From positions 4,309 to 68,308 of the forward strand of contig CADAAN010000006.1 in assembly GCA_902785935.1 (NCBI GenBank): a stretch of 64,000 bases of DNA. Direction: 5' to 3'. Positions 39,227-50,228 of the stretch are shown here, piece by piece. Positions within the stretch are counted from its first letter, which is position 1, and the number at the start of each line of letters is the position of its first letter. The notes beneath the pieces are model-generated. The model ran no database searches. It was not told where the DNA came from and saw only the letters and a list, made by a program, of their open reading frames with translations. Both the position numbers and the translations under genes were made by a program. This DNA is from an uncultured Pseudomonadota bacterium (GTDB taxonomy: Bacteria; Pseudomonadota; Alphaproteobacteria; RF32; CAG-239).

Positions 39227-40130
39227 TTTAGGATCCAATTCTTGTCGTTTGCGCATTGCAAATGAAAAAGGTGAAGTGCTTTATATGGATTCAAAACCCA
39301 CAATGCTCGGTCAGGGACTTCACAAAACGGGAATACTGAGCGAAGAATCATTCATGCGCGGGCAGAAAGCTTTGAGCGAATTTGCCTGTTTGATGAAAAA
39401 ATATGATGTCAAATCATATCGCGCCATCACGACAGAAGCCTGCAGATCAGCTTTAAACGGCTCTGATTTTATCCGTATGATTGAAAAAGAAACGGGTATT
39501 GTGCTTGAAATAATTGATGCCAAAGAAGAGGCGCGTCTGAATTTAAAAGGAGCAAGCCTCAATGCCCCGAAAGACAAAGAATATATCGCCCTTTATGATT
39601 TGGGCGGTGCTTCGACGGAAATTTCCCTGAGTAAAAATGACGGCAAGTGTCAAATTTTGCACACCGTTTCTATCCCTTGGGGCGCACGCAACGCAGCAGA
39701 AGCATATTGCTTGCGTGAATTTTCGCAGAAACAAGCTCACCGTTTAAGCACGGACATCAAAAAATATGTCGATGATTTTATGAAAAAATGTGATTTTGAA
39801 AAATATCGCGATAAATGCTGTTTGCTTGCAACCTCAAGCACACCTCTTCGCCTTTGCGCCATGGTCAAAAACGACGGAGAATATTCAAGAGACAAAAATG
39901 ACGGTGCATGCGTTATGTGCTTTGATTTTGATAAAGCAATTGATGCGGTGTGCCACATGGATTTACATCAAAGACAGCAATCCGCCTATATCGGCGAGGA
40001 TCGAGCGCCGATTTTTATTGCCGCCGGAATTATTTTTCAGACAATATACAAACAGCTTGGTTTTAATCAGATGATTGTATCATTTAAAGGTGCTCAAGAT
40101 GCGATTATAGAGGAGTTATGCCATGGCTAA
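39201..40130 (+). CDS. Ppx/GppA-family phosphatase (tandem paralog)
   Basis: IASIDLGSNSCRLRIA, YDLGGASTEISL. Confidence 0.7.
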   Translation: MKKNIASIDLGSNSCRLRIANEKGEVLYMDSKPTMLGQGLHKTGILSEESFMRGQKALSEFACLMKKYDVKSYRAITTEACRSALNGSDFIRMIEKETGIVLEIIDAKEEARLNLKGASLNAPKDKEYIALYDLGGASTEISLSKNDGKCQILHTVSIPWGARNAAEAYCLREFSQKQAHRLSTDIKKYVDDFMKKCDFEKYRDKCCLLATSSTPLRLCAMVKNDGEYSRDKNDGACVMCFDFDKAIDAVCHMDLHQRQQSAYIGEDRAPIFIAAGIIFQTIYKQLGFNQMIVSFKGAQDAIIEELCHG

Positions 40131-40812
40131 AATGACAAAGTCGGCAAAACTGATTCGCGGGCAAAAAACCCTGACGGTCAGAGTTAAAACGTCAAAATAT
40201 CGCAAAACATCATCAAACAGATGGCTTGAGCGGCAATTAAACGATCCTTATGTGCTTCAATCAAAACGCCTCGGTTATCGCTCAAGAGCGGCATTTAAGC
40301 TTATACAGCTTGATGAAAAATACCATTTTTTAGGCAAGGGCAAAACCATTGTCGATTTAGGGTGCGCCCCGGGCGGTTGGACGCAAATTGCGGTTGAAAA
40401 AAACAAGGGCACGGGGCAGGTTGTCGGTATTGATATCTTAGAAACACAGCCTGTTGAAGGGGCAACGCTGATTTGTCAGGATTTTACCTCTGCTGATGCA
40501 CCGGAAAAGCTCAAAGCACTTTTAAAAGGTCCTGCCGATATTGTGATGAGCGATATGGCTGCCAATACAACGGGACACCAACAAACCGACCACTTGCGCA
40601 CAATCGCACTTGTTGAGGCCGCATATGCTTTTGCCAAAGAAGTTTTGGCTCCAAACGGTATATTTATCGCCAAGGTCTTTCAGGGCGGCGCAGAAGGTGA
40701 ACTTTTGGCAGATATGAAAAAAAATTTTGCGAAAGTATCACATTTCAAACCTGATGCCAGCCGCCAAACGTCGCCCGAAATATATGTCGTCGCCCAGGGA
40801 TTTAGGAAATAA
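40123..40812 (+). CDS. rlmE: 23S rRNA (uridine-2'-O)-methyltransferase RlmE/FtsJ
   Basis: RSRAAFKLIQLDEKYHF, VVDLGCAPGGWTQ, DIVMSDMAAN, IAKVFQG. Confidence 0.85.
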   Translation: MAKMTKSAKLIRGQKTLTVRVKTSKYRKTSSNRWLERQLNDPYVLQSKRLGYRSRAAFKLIQLDEKYHFLGKGKTIVDLGCAPGGWTQIAVEKNKGTGQVVGIDILETQPVEGATLICQDFTSADAPEKLKALLKGPADIVMSDMAANTTGHQQTDHLRTIALVEAAYAFAKEVLAPNGIFIAKVFQGGAEGELLADMKKNFAKVSHFKPDASRQTSPEIYVVAQGFRK

Positions 40813-40815
40813 AAC

Positions 40816-41673
40816 TTAGCGATACCGAATCGAAAAAGTGTTTGTCTTGCCTGCAACTTGATTGGCCTCATCGATGGTGTAAATGCGCTTTGGTGCGTAA
40901 TGTTGATTGTAAATATCATTTGGGGAACTGTAAAACCTTCCGTTATAATAATAACCTGTTGAGTATTTTTGATAAAATTTAATTTTATCGCCAATTTCTT
41001 CATCGTCTAAAAGAGCCTGACAACTGGCATTTGTGTCTTCGCAATAAATAGCCAAAGATTCTGACAATGCTTTATTTATGGAATTAGTAAGCATTTTTTT
41101 TGTAATCATGGTCGAACCGGATATGGTTAAAGATTTCAATTCCGTGCCGCCTAATGTCCAATCTTCATCTTCAAGAATAACATCTTTGGGTAATACAATA
41201 TCTTCAACTTTTGTACGATTAAAATTAGCCCCTCCGATAAAAGTCAGACTATTTGGTAAATTAATTTTTTCAAGTGATTGAGTATCATTAAAAGCACCAC
41301 CCGAAATCTTTTGAAGTCCTTCGGGTAAAACAGCCTCTCGCAAATCAAACAAATATTCAAAAGCAGAAGAACCAATTGATTTAAATATTTTATCACTTGA
41401 TTCGTTTTCGATAACGACTTTATAAATTTGTGAAGAATAGGCTCCCCAATCGGCTGTATTATGGCACCATGGGTCACAGCTGTGACTATAATTTTTCATA
41501 TCACCATAACCTTTAATGGTTAATGTATTCGTGTTTTTATCAAGTGTTGCTGTACAACTATCATTTGAGGTTGCCGCACAGTCAAATGTACAAATATCAC
41601 TGTTATCACAAAGTGTATCAGCATATGTATTAAAAGCCGTAAATATACAAAAAATATAAATTACTTTTCTCAT
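40816..41673 (-). CDS. secreted LRR-family protein with conserved C-terminal tail
   Basis: True start MRKVIYIFCIFTAFNTYA (signal peptide) at 41673 with GGAG RBS; track ORF extends spuriously into leader; C-terminus PKRIYTIDEANQVAGKTNTFSIRYR. Confidence 0.8.
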   Translation of the reverse strand: MRKVIYIFCIFTAFNTYADTLCDNSDICTFDCAATSNDSCTATLDKNTNTLTIKGYGDMKNYSHSCDPWCHNTADWGAYSSQIYKVVIENESSDKIFKSIGSSAFEYLFDLREAVLPEGLQKISGGAFNDTQSLEKINLPNSLTFIGGANFNRTKVEDIVLPKDVILEDEDWTLGGTELKSLTISGSTMITKKMLTNSINKALSESLAIYCEDTNASCQALLDDEEIGDKIKFYQKYSTGYYYNGRFYSSPNDIYNQHYAPKRIYTIDEANQVAGKTNTFSIRYR

Positions 41674-41952
41674 ATCTTTTCTCCAAAATTTATTAAACGA
41701 AAAAACCACTCTAAAATGAGCGGCGGGGAGTAAAAGAATCATGTAATGGAAAATGACTTCCGTAACCTTTAGGTCAAAACCTTGAACATACGCCACGGAC
41801 TCCCCAACCAAAATATCGGGGATAAGCATTGTTTTAAAATAAAAAAACAACACTAAAACAGCGTTATCTCTCACTGTCCATTACAAAAGCTCTTTTAAAG
41901 CCCCGCACCCTTTTCGGGTACTTGATAGAAAAAGCCAAAACCTTCCTATCTG
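41674..41952 (-). promoter_or_regulatory. type-2 conserved 5' leader with attenuator hairpin
   Basis: Promoter TTGACA-17-AATAAT (41959..41987); conserved blocks identical to other two copies; terminal hairpin ccgctc-atttta-gagtgg + T6. Confidence 0.7.
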
Positions 41953-42027
41953 ATTTATATTATTACATATCAAAAACATCTTGTCAAGAAATTTTAAAAT
42001 ATTTTAATACGTGATTTGGCTGTGAAC

Positions 42028-42214
42028 GTAAATAAAAGCTTAGAATGAGCTAGATGCGACGGAAGCTCTTTTACGAAGTGTACAAAAGAGGTTGTATACG
42101 TAAATAAAAGCTTAGAATGAGTCAAGTACGACGTACGGCCGCTTGCGCAGTGTACAAAAAGGGTACATAAGCAAGCGGCCGCACAAGTAATTGGCCATTA
42201 TAAGCTTTTATTTT
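42028..42214. repeat. repeat region: two ~66-75-bp direct repeats plus inverted terminal 15-mer; contains strong GC-rich hairpin
   Basis: cgtaaataaaagcttagaatgag at 42028 and 42094; inverse copy ataagcttttatttta at 42199; 12-bp perfect stem gcggccgcttgc/gcaagcggccgc. Confidence 0.5.
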
Positions 42215-42741
42215 ACTTTTTCTACTTGAGAAAATTCTAATTCCACCGGCGTGTAACGCCCGAAAATGGAAACTGAAACTTTAAGACGCGTCTTTTCTGT
42301 GTCTACTTCTTCGACAACACCGACGAAGGAGGCAAACGGACCATCTGTCACACGAACATTTTCACCGATTTCAAAGGTGGCCACAACTTCAGGACGCTCA
42401 ACACCTTCCTGCATTTGCTTTAAGATGTGATCAACCTCTTTATCGCTGATCGGCTGAGGTTTGTTGCGGCTACCCAAAAATCCGCTGACACGAGGCGTAT
42501 TTTTCACGACATGCCAAACATCATCGGACATTTCCATTTTCACTAAGATATAGCCGGGGAAAAACTTGCGCTCTGAAGCAACTTTTTTGCCTTTTTTGAC
42601 CTCAACGACATCTTCGGTCGGTACCAAGACGTCTAAAATGCGATCTTCCATCTTTTTAATGACAGCCTGTTCTTTTAAAGAATCGGCAACTTTTTTTTCA
42701 GAACCGGAATAAACATTTATCACATACCAACGAGCACTCAT
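42208..42741 (-). CDS. nusG: transcription termination/antitermination factor NusG
   Basis: NGN domain WYVINVYSGSEKKV, KOW motif; follows secE. Confidence 0.9.
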   Translation of the reverse strand: MSARWYVINVYSGSEKKVADSLKEQAVIKKMEDRILDVLVPTEDVVEVKKGKKVASERKFFPGYILVKMEMSDDVWHVVKNTPRVSGFLGSRNKPQPISDKEVDHILKQMQEGVERPEVVATFEIGENVRVTDGPFASFVGVVEEVDTEKTRLKVSVSIFGRYTPVELEFSQVEKVK

Positions 42742-42743
42742 CG

Positions 42744-42938
42744 TTACACCCCTAAACCTAAAATAAGTTTAACAACCCAAGCCAAGACAACATCAACCGC
42801 AAAGAAAAAAATCGCCGCAAGCGTCACAATAAACAGAACAACAGTCGTGACCTGCGTAACCTCTTTCTTTGAAGGCCAAGTGATTTTTTTCACCTCTTGG
42901 CGAACTTGTCTGAAAAACTGTATCGGACTGACTTTCAA
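42744..42938 (-). CDS. secE: preprotein translocase subunit SecE
   Basis: 64 aa, single TM, KVSPIQFFRQVRQEVKKITWPSKKE. Confidence 0.85.
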   Translation of the reverse strand: MKVSPIQFFRQVRQEVKKITWPSKKEVTQVTTVVLFIVTLAAIFFFAVDVVLAWVVKLILGLGV

Positions 42939-42981
42939 GTTATAATCCTTTTTGTTAAATCATGAAACACAATGGAAAAAG

Positions 42982-43057
42982 TGGCAGGGGCGGCAGGACT
43001 TGAACCCACGACACTCGGTTTTGGAGACCGATGTTCTACCAACTGAACTACGCCCCT
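42982..43057 (-). tRNA. trnW: tRNA-Trp (CCA)
   Basis: 76-nt cloverleaf on minus strand AGGGGCGTAGTTCAGTTGGTAGAAC...CT-CCA-AA...GGTTCAAGTCCTGCCGCCCCTGCCA; upstream of secE-nusG as usual. Confidence 0.9.
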
Positions 43058-43151
43058 AATAATTCTCCATCAAACAATTTTTCTTATTGATACACACATC
43101 TTCTTATAAAATCAAGCATTTTTTTTATCTGTGTGCACGTTTTTTATTTTT

Positions 43152-44969
43152 TTAACCTTCCACTTCGGGCTTAAAGCGTTTTCTTGCGAGCGGATCTAAT
43201 ATTTTTTTACGCAATCTCAGTGATTTAGGCGTCACTTCCAACAGCTCGTCCGACTGAATATAAGAAAGCGCTTGTTCTAAGCTGAGTTTTCTCGGAGGAA
43301 TAAGGTCAATCGCCTCATCTTTACCGGCGGCACGAATGTTTGTGAGCTGTTTTGTTTTGGTCGGGTTGACTTCAATATCGTTTGATTTTGTGTGTTCACC
43401 GATAATCATGCCGACATAAACGGGCGAGTTATGTTCAACAAACATCGGACCTCTGTCTTGCAATTTCCAAAGAGCATACGCAACAGCGGTTCCGTTTTCG
43501 GAAGAAATCAAAACACCTGTTCTGCGGCCTTCAATATCCCCCTTAAAGGGCTCATAAGCATAAAAAATTCTGTTCATCACACCCGTGCCGCGTGTGTCGG
43601 TTAAAAATTCGCTATGATAACCGATTAAACCGCGTGACGGCGCATGAAAGATTAAGCGCACTTTATTGCCGAGCTCGGAAGGAATCATATCCGTCATTTC
43701 AGCACGGCGAAGTCCCATTTTTTCAACCACCGTGCCTGAAAATTCTTCATCAACGTCAACAACAACTTCTTCCACAGGCTCCAAAAGATTGCCGTTTTCG
43801 TCTTTTTTGAACAAAACGCGCGGTCTTGAAATCGAAAGTTCAAACCCTTCGCGACGCATTGTTTCAATCAAAACACCAAGCTGGAGTTCTCCCCTGCCCG
43901 CAACTTCAAACGAATCGGTTTTATCCGTCTTTGAAATTTTAAGGGCAATATTGCTTTCCGCCTCTTTCTCTAACCTGTCCCAAATCATACGCGATGTGAC
44001 TTTGTCACCCTCACGACCGGCAAGCGGCGAATCGTTGACGCTAAAGGTCATTGCAAGCGTTGGCGGATCAATCGGCTGAGCTTTTATCGGCATATCCACC
44101 TCATAAGCGCAAATCGTATCAGCCACCGTGCCTTTGACAACACCTGCCACAGCCACAATATCGCCGGCATGTGCCTCATTAAGCGCCACACGCTCAAGCC
44201 CTTTATAAGCCAAAATCTTAGAAATACGTGTCTTTTCGACCTCACCGTCTTTGTTGATGACTTTGACGGCATCATTTAATTTTAACGTACCGGACCAAAT
44301 TTTACCCGTTAAGATACGCCCTAAAAACTTATCACCTTCCAATGTGGTCACAAGCATCGAAAACGGCTTGTCTTTTTCACATTTCGGTTCGCTGACATAT
44401 GATAAAATCAGTTCAAAAAGAGGCGTCAAATCCTTTCTTTCATCATTTAAGTCTTTAACGGCCCAACCATTGCGCCCTGAAGCATAAAGCACCGGAAAAT
44501 CAAGCTGCTCATCAGTGGCATTTAAGCTGACAAAAAGGTCAAAAACCTCATTTAAAACTTCATCGGGACGTGCGTCTGCTTTGTCCGCCTTATTGATGAC
44601 AACAATCGGTTTTAAGCCGATTTTCAAGGCTTTGCCCAACACAAATTTTGTCTGCGGCATCGGCCCTTCGGACGAATCCACAAGCAAAACAACACCGTCA
44701 ACCATGGATAAAATGCGTTCGACCTCACCGCCGAAATCCGCGTGACCCGGGGTGTCAACGATATTGATATGATTGCCGTTCCATTCAACCGATGTACATT
44801 TTGATAAAATCGTAATACCGCGTTCACGTTCCAAATCATTGCTGTCAAGCACACAATCAACAACTTTTTGATTGTCGCGAAATGTGCCGCTTTGTTTGAG
44901 TAAACCATCGACAAGCGTCGTTTTGCCGTGGTCAACGTGGGCGATAATTGCAATATTTCTCATAGACAT
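43152..44969 (-). CDS. typA: translational GTPase TypA/BipA
   Basis: IAIIAHVDHGKTTLVD, DTPGHADFGGEV, NKAD; start set to MSMRNIAII. Confidence 0.9.
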   Translation of the reverse strand: MSMRNIAIIAHVDHGKTTLVDGLLKQSGTFRDNQKVVDCVLDSNDLERERGITILSKCTSVEWNGNHINIVDTPGHADFGGEVERILSMVDGVVLLVDSSEGPMPQTKFVLGKALKIGLKPIVVINKADKADARPDEVLNEVFDLFVSLNATDEQLDFPVLYASGRNGWAVKDLNDERKDLTPLFELILSYVSEPKCEKDKPFSMLVTTLEGDKFLGRILTGKIWSGTLKLNDAVKVINKDGEVEKTRISKILAYKGLERVALNEAHAGDIVAVAGVVKGTVADTICAYEVDMPIKAQPIDPPTLAMTFSVNDSPLAGREGDKVTSRMIWDRLEKEAESNIALKISKTDKTDSFEVAGRGELQLGVLIETMRREGFELSISRPRVLFKKDENGNLLEPVEEVVVDVDEEFSGTVVEKMGLRRAEMTDMIPSELGNKVRLIFHAPSRGLIGYHSEFLTDTRGTGVMNRIFYAYEPFKGDIEGRRTGVLISSENGTAVAYALWKLQDRGPMFVEHNSPVYVGMIIGEHTKSNDIEVNPTKTKQLTNIRAAGKDEAIDLIPPRKLSLEQALSYIQSDELLEVTPKSLRLRKKILDPLARKRFKPEVEG

Positions 44970-45038
44970 CGTTTTATCCTTTTTAAAAATTTCGACGTAC
45001 AATACCGCATTTTTTTTTAAATTCAAGTTTTTTTTACA

Positions 45039-45072
45039 AAAAAAAGAGGCTTTTTGTGATAAAAGCCTCTTC
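45039..45072 (-). terminator. intrinsic terminator after surface-protein gene 45087..45986
   Basis: aagaggcttttatcacaaaaagcctctt hairpin + T8 on minus strand. Confidence 0.6.
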
Positions 45073-45086
45073 TGTCCGAAATATCT

Positions 45087-45986
45087 TTATCGATACCTTA
45101 TTTTGAAAGAATTAACCTTGCCCGCGACGGCATTCGCCTCGTCGATGGTATAAATGCGGATATCGGCACGAGCAGGAACAGATGGCAAGACAGATGGAGA
45201 AACAGTTCCTGATGCTGAAGCAATTTTTGCTCTGCAAGAAGTCTCCGTTTCGCAACCCTCTTCCGTTCCTCCCAACATCATTTTTGCTGCTGAAGAGTAA
45301 TAATTATCACCAACTTTATATACCCCATCTTCTTTAGTATATTGTTCAATTTTTGACGTCCCATGGCCTTTACAAATATTAACATCTTCGCAAAAAAGTT
45401 TTGTGTTGCTGGCAAACGGAAAGTTAACAATTGTTGTTCCTCTGCTAATAATGACATTGTTCAAGGATTCATTTTGAAAGCTACTTCCAAAAGCATCCTG
45501 ATTAATTTTCGTTACACCGCTTAAATCAATATCATGCAGGTTGGTTGTATATGTAAAAGCGCCACTTCCAATTTCTTTAACTCCTGTAAAATCCACACTC
45601 GACAAAGCAGATCGCGAAAAAGCGGTTCCGCCGATTGATGTAACACCGCTTGCAAAAGCAAGTGAGGTTACACCTTGAGGAAGCATTGATGTCCCATAAG
45701 TGTCATCTGCAAAAGCTGATCTCGGTACTTTGTATGTGAGATTGCCGTTTGAATCTGTTGAAGTAATTGATGACCCCTGAATGGTCATTTTTCCGTTATC
45801 AATAGTGTAGTATGTGAGCATATGAGAGGCATAGCTACTGGCTTGCGACAAACATCCTTCGCCATAAGTTGAAACACAAGCCTGACAAAATGTGTTCCCT
45901 TCAGGGCACTCAATTAAAGCAATGGAAATTTTTGAAAATGAAACTGTTGCTACTAATGCCGAGGTTAAAAAAATATTTCTAGTCAT
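45087..45986 (-). CDS. secreted surface protein, member of the conserved-C-tail family
   Basis: Signal peptide MTRNIFLTSALVATVSFS; Cys-rich N-module, degenerate LRR-like repeats; C-terminus RIYTIDEANAVAGKVNSFKIRYR. Confidence 0.75.
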   Translation of the reverse strand: MTRNIFLTSALVATVSFSKISIALIECPEGNTFCQACVSTYGEGCLSQASSYASHMLTYYTIDNGKMTIQGSSITSTDSNGNLTYKVPRSAFADDTYGTSMLPQGVTSLAFASGVTSIGGTAFSRSALSSVDFTGVKEIGSGAFTYTTNLHDIDLSGVTKINQDAFGSSFQNESLNNVIISRGTTIVNFPFASNTKLFCEDVNICKGHGTSKIEQYTKEDGVYKVGDNYYSSAAKMMLGGTEEGCETETSCRAKIASASGTVSPSVLPSVPARADIRIYTIDEANAVAGKVNSFKIRYR

Positions 45987-46177
45987 AACTTTTCTCCTAT
46001 TTTTCTTATTTACACTGTTGAAAAAATCACTTCAGAAGATATCCGAAGTGGGAGCTAGAAAACTGTATACATTCAGTCAGACTTATTCGACATTTCAAAA
46101 CGCTTATATCATCTACTCCCGGTAAAAGGAGCGATATGTATAAGGTGTTTTCTAGACACCGCAACCATTTTGGTTAC
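45987..46177 (-). promoter_or_regulatory. type-1 conserved 5' leader with terminator-like hairpin
   Basis: Minus-sense GTAACCAAAATGGTTGCGGTGTCTAGAAAACAC...GATATAAGC...TCGAATAAG...AGCTCC; promoter TTGACA-17-GAAAAT at 46184..46212; terminal hairpin cacttcgga..tgaagtg + T6. Confidence 0.65.
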
Positions 46178-46353
46178 TTTTTTATTTTCACATAAAAAAC
46201 GTAGCTTGTCAAATAAATTTTGTAAAAAATATCTTTTTTTGCTTGAAAAATAAAACTTTAATGATAAATTGTGCTTGAAATTTAAATTAACCCCCGTGCG
46301 GGGAATCCGCACAGCTCTTTTCTTAAGAGTTTACTTTTTTATAAGGATACTAA

Positions 46354-47364
<1,011 letters not shown>

Positions 47365-47433
47365 AAACAAAATCCAATCAAGAATTTCCCCGCCTTTTGA
47401 CGGGGAAATTTCTAAAATCAAAAGGAAAAATAA

Positions 47434-48639
47434 ATGGAATATAAAACAATTGATGATTTAGGTGATTTGAACGGCAAAGTCGTGATGTTAAGAGCCGATT
47501 TGAATGTACCGATGAATGACAAATTTGAAGTTACAAATACCGCGCGTATCGACCGCACCGTGCCGACGATCAGGCTTTTGATGCAAAAAGGCGCTAAGGT
47601 TGTGGTGATTTCGCATTTCGGACGTCCTGAAGGTAAAGGCGATATGAAAAATTCGCTCAGCCATGTCGCACCTGAACTGCAAAAAGCTTTGGGTTGCAAG
47701 GTCGTTTTTGTCAGCGACTGCCTTGGACAAGAAGTCAAAGACGCCGTTTGCAACATGAAGGGTGATGAGGTTTTGCTTCTTGAAAATCTTCGCTTTTATG
47801 ATGAAGAAAAGAAAGGCAATGAAGCTTTTGCAAAAGAGCTTGTCAGCGTCGCCGATGCTTATGTTTCAGATGCATTTTCAACCGCACACCGTGCGCATGC
47901 CTCTATGGTTGCGGCCGCAAAAGAATTGCCTTCTGCCATGGGTCTTTTGATGAGCGAAGAGGTTGAGGCCTTGACAAAGGGGTTGAACAACCCTGCTCGC
48001 CCGTTGATAGCAATTGTCGGCGGGTCAAAAGTATCGACAAAGCTTGATTTGTTAAATAACCTTGTCAAAAAAGTTGATAAACTTGTCATTTCAGGCGGTA
48101 TGGCTCATACATTTTTAAAAGCCAAAGGCGTTGAGGGTATCAACGAAACAAATTCTTTGTTGCAACCTGATATGCTTGATACCGCACGTGAGATTATGAA
48201 GACGGCCGAGGGTGCGGATTGTGAAATTTTGTTGCCGCTTGACTTGGTTTGGGCAAAAGAATTTGCCGCAAATGCCGAGCACAAAACAGTTGACTTGGAT
48301 CATATTCCCGAAGGCGGTACACTTCTTGATGTCGGCAATCAGACGGTTGAGCTGATTAAGGCAAAGATGCAGTCATGTCAAACGCTTGTTTGGAACGGGC
48401 CTTTGGGTGCGTTTGAATTAAAGCCGTTTGATGCGGCGACAAATGCCGTTGCTCTTGAGGCGGCCAAGTTGACGAAAGCCGGCAGATTGACAACGGTGGC
48501 CGGTGGCGGTGATACGGTTTCCGCTCTTGAATGTGCCGGAGTTGCAAAAGATTTCACATACATTTCAACGGCCGGCGGTGCCTTTTTGGAATGGATGGAA
48601 GGCAAAGAACTTCCGGGTGTTGCTGTCTTGAAAAAATAA
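47434..48639 (+). CDS. pgk: phosphoglycerate kinase
   Basis: RADLNVPM, VVISHFGRP, GGGDT hinge; gap-pgk synteny. Confidence 0.95.
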   Translation: MEYKTIDDLGDLNGKVVMLRADLNVPMNDKFEVTNTARIDRTVPTIRLLMQKGAKVVVISHFGRPEGKGDMKNSLSHVAPELQKALGCKVVFVSDCLGQEVKDAVCNMKGDEVLLLENLRFYDEEKKGNEAFAKELVSVADAYVSDAFSTAHRAHASMVAAAKELPSAMGLLMSEEVEALTKGLNNPARPLIAIVGGSKVSTKLDLLNNLVKKVDKLVISGGMAHTFLKAKGVEGINETNSLLQPDMLDTAREIMKTAEGADCEILLPLDLVWAKEFAANAEHKTVDLDHIPEGGTLLDVGNQTVELIKAKMQSCQTLVWNGPLGAFELKPFDAATNAVALEAAKLTKAGRLTTVAGGGDTVSALECAGVAKDFTYISTAGGAFLEWMEGKELPGVAVLKK

Positions 48640-48717
48640 TATTTTCATATTTTATCTTAAGAAAAAAACTTGTATTGATAAAAAACAATGCAAGTTTTTT
48701 TGGATTTTTTACATAAT

Positions 48718-49971
48718 CTAATAAACCGCGGCAATTTCGGGATCTTTAAAGTATTTATCAATTGCGTTTGCCGCAGATGTTGCCAATTTTTTGCGATAAG
48801 AGGCCTGTTTTAAGAGATTTTCTTCTTCTTTGTTTGAAAGATATCCCATTTCCAAAAGAGCCGACGGAATATCCGGCGCTTTTAAGACGGCAAAACCCGC
48901 AAAACGATGCGTATCATCAACAAGCTTAACCGACTTTTTCATTTCACCGACAACATAAGCCGCAAATTTTGAAGATTTATTACGGCAATCCGTTTGTGAT
49001 AAAGAAATCAAAATATCATTAATTTCTTTTGAATTTTCAGAAAAATCCATTCCGCCGATGATATCCACTTTGTTTTCACGTTCAGCCAAAGCTGCCGCCT
49101 CTTTGTCCGATGCTTTTTCCGAAAGCGTATAAACCGACAGACCTTTGGCTTTTCTATTAACAGCAGAATCGGCATGCAATGACATAAATAAATCCGCCTT
49201 GTACTTTTGCGCAATCTTAACACGTTGTCTTAAAGGAATAAAAACATCGGTTGAGCGCGTTAAATAGACTTTATAACCTTTTTTTTCAAGCTGAGATTTA
49301 AGTTCTTTACCCATGGCAAGCGTCACATTTTTTTCATACGTTTTACCATATGCCCCGATTGCGCCGGGATCTTTGCCGCCATGACCGGGATCCAAAACGA
49401 CGATACGTTGACGCGCCTTAGATTTGACCGGTTTATCCGATGAAAACAGCCAACTGCTTTTTGAAGAATCTTTGGTCGCCGTTTTTGTTTGCTTTGGGGC
49501 GCTTTTATTTGAAATCGCATATTTTGCACCGACTTTGCCTTCAAAATCACGTTCGGAAGCCACAGCCAAATCAACGACAAACCGCCAATTTGTATTTTTA
49601 CTCGGCTCTAACATAAACGCCTGCTTTATCAAAACAGGTTTTTTAAGGTCAAAAACAACGCGCTTGTCTTTGTCGTTTAATTTACCGATTCTGGTCGAAT
49701 CGATTAAATTATTTTTATCCGCGGTCAATGTCTTTTTGATTTCGCAATGATGCGCGTCAACAACAAGCCTTTTAGGCGAAGAAAGCAAAAATACTTCATA
49801 ATCAAATTTTTCATCAGCGTCAAACACAATCCGAACACTGCCGATTTGTTGTCCGATGCGCATATTTGTAATGTTTGCGGCTCTTGCAAAAAGAGGCAAA
49901 ATCAAGCACATCATAAAAGCAAACAAAAAGATATATGCTTTTTTGACCAATGTATTCATCAAATTTTTCAT
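48718..49971 (-). CDS. amiC: N-acetylmuramoyl-L-alanine amidase (AMIN + Amidase_3)
   Basis: Signal peptide, AMIN-like N-domain, VLDPGHGGKDPGAIG Amidase_3 motif. Confidence 0.85.
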   Translation of the reverse strand: MKNLMNTLVKKAYIFLFAFMMCLILPLFARAANITNMRIGQQIGSVRIVFDADEKFDYEVFLLSSPKRLVVDAHHCEIKKTLTADKNNLIDSTRIGKLNDKDKRVVFDLKKPVLIKQAFMLEPSKNTNWRFVVDLAVASERDFEGKVGAKYAISNKSAPKQTKTATKDSSKSSWLFSSDKPVKSKARQRIVVLDPGHGGKDPGAIGAYGKTYEKNVTLAMGKELKSQLEKKGYKVYLTRSTDVFIPLRQRVKIAQKYKADLFMSLHADSAVNRKAKGLSVYTLSEKASDKEAAALAERENKVDIIGGMDFSENSKEINDILISLSQTDCRNKSSKFAAYVVGEMKKSVKLVDDTHRFAGFAVLKAPDIPSALLEMGYLSNKEEENLLKQASYRKKLATSAANAIDKYFKDPEIAAVY

Positions 49972-50126
49972 TGCCCATATTTTAACAATGAGATATTACC
50001 AATTTATTAAAAAGCACAAAAATCAACCCATAAAAGTTGAGCATTAAAAAAATGCATAATGTGATTATTTTGCTTGATTTTGGTATTTTTTTTGAATAAT
50101 ATCCCTAAAAGTTATAACATTTAACC

Positions 50127-50211
50127 GCGGACGTGGCGAAATTGGCAGACGCGCCAGACTTAGGATCTGGTGCCGAAAGGCGTGCGGGTTCAAGTCCCTC
50201 CGTCCGCACCA
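50127..50211 (+). tRNA. tRNA-Leu (TAG)
   Basis: 85 nt with long variable arm; acceptor gcggacg/cgtccgc, anticodon loop cTTAGga, GGTTCAAGTCC T-loop, CCA. Confidence 0.9.
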
Positions 50212-50228
50212 TTTGTAAAGAGAAAAAA

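Noticed and set aside
41674-41874. Track ORF 40816..41874 extends 67 codons upstream of the signal-peptide Met
   Set aside because: The extension overlaps the conserved type-2 leader and its terminator. The real start is ATG 41673 with GGAG RBS and a canonical signal peptide. All paralogs start at the signal peptide.
43392-44953. Several + strand and - strand ORFs inside typA
   Set aside because: They are embedded in the conserved GTPase gene. They have Ser/Thr-rich low-complexity translations typical of antisense frames.
50133-50228. Track start of tig at 50133
   Set aside because: It reads through tRNA-Leu (50127..50211). The conserved N-terminus begins at ATG 50229 (MKVTEEK).
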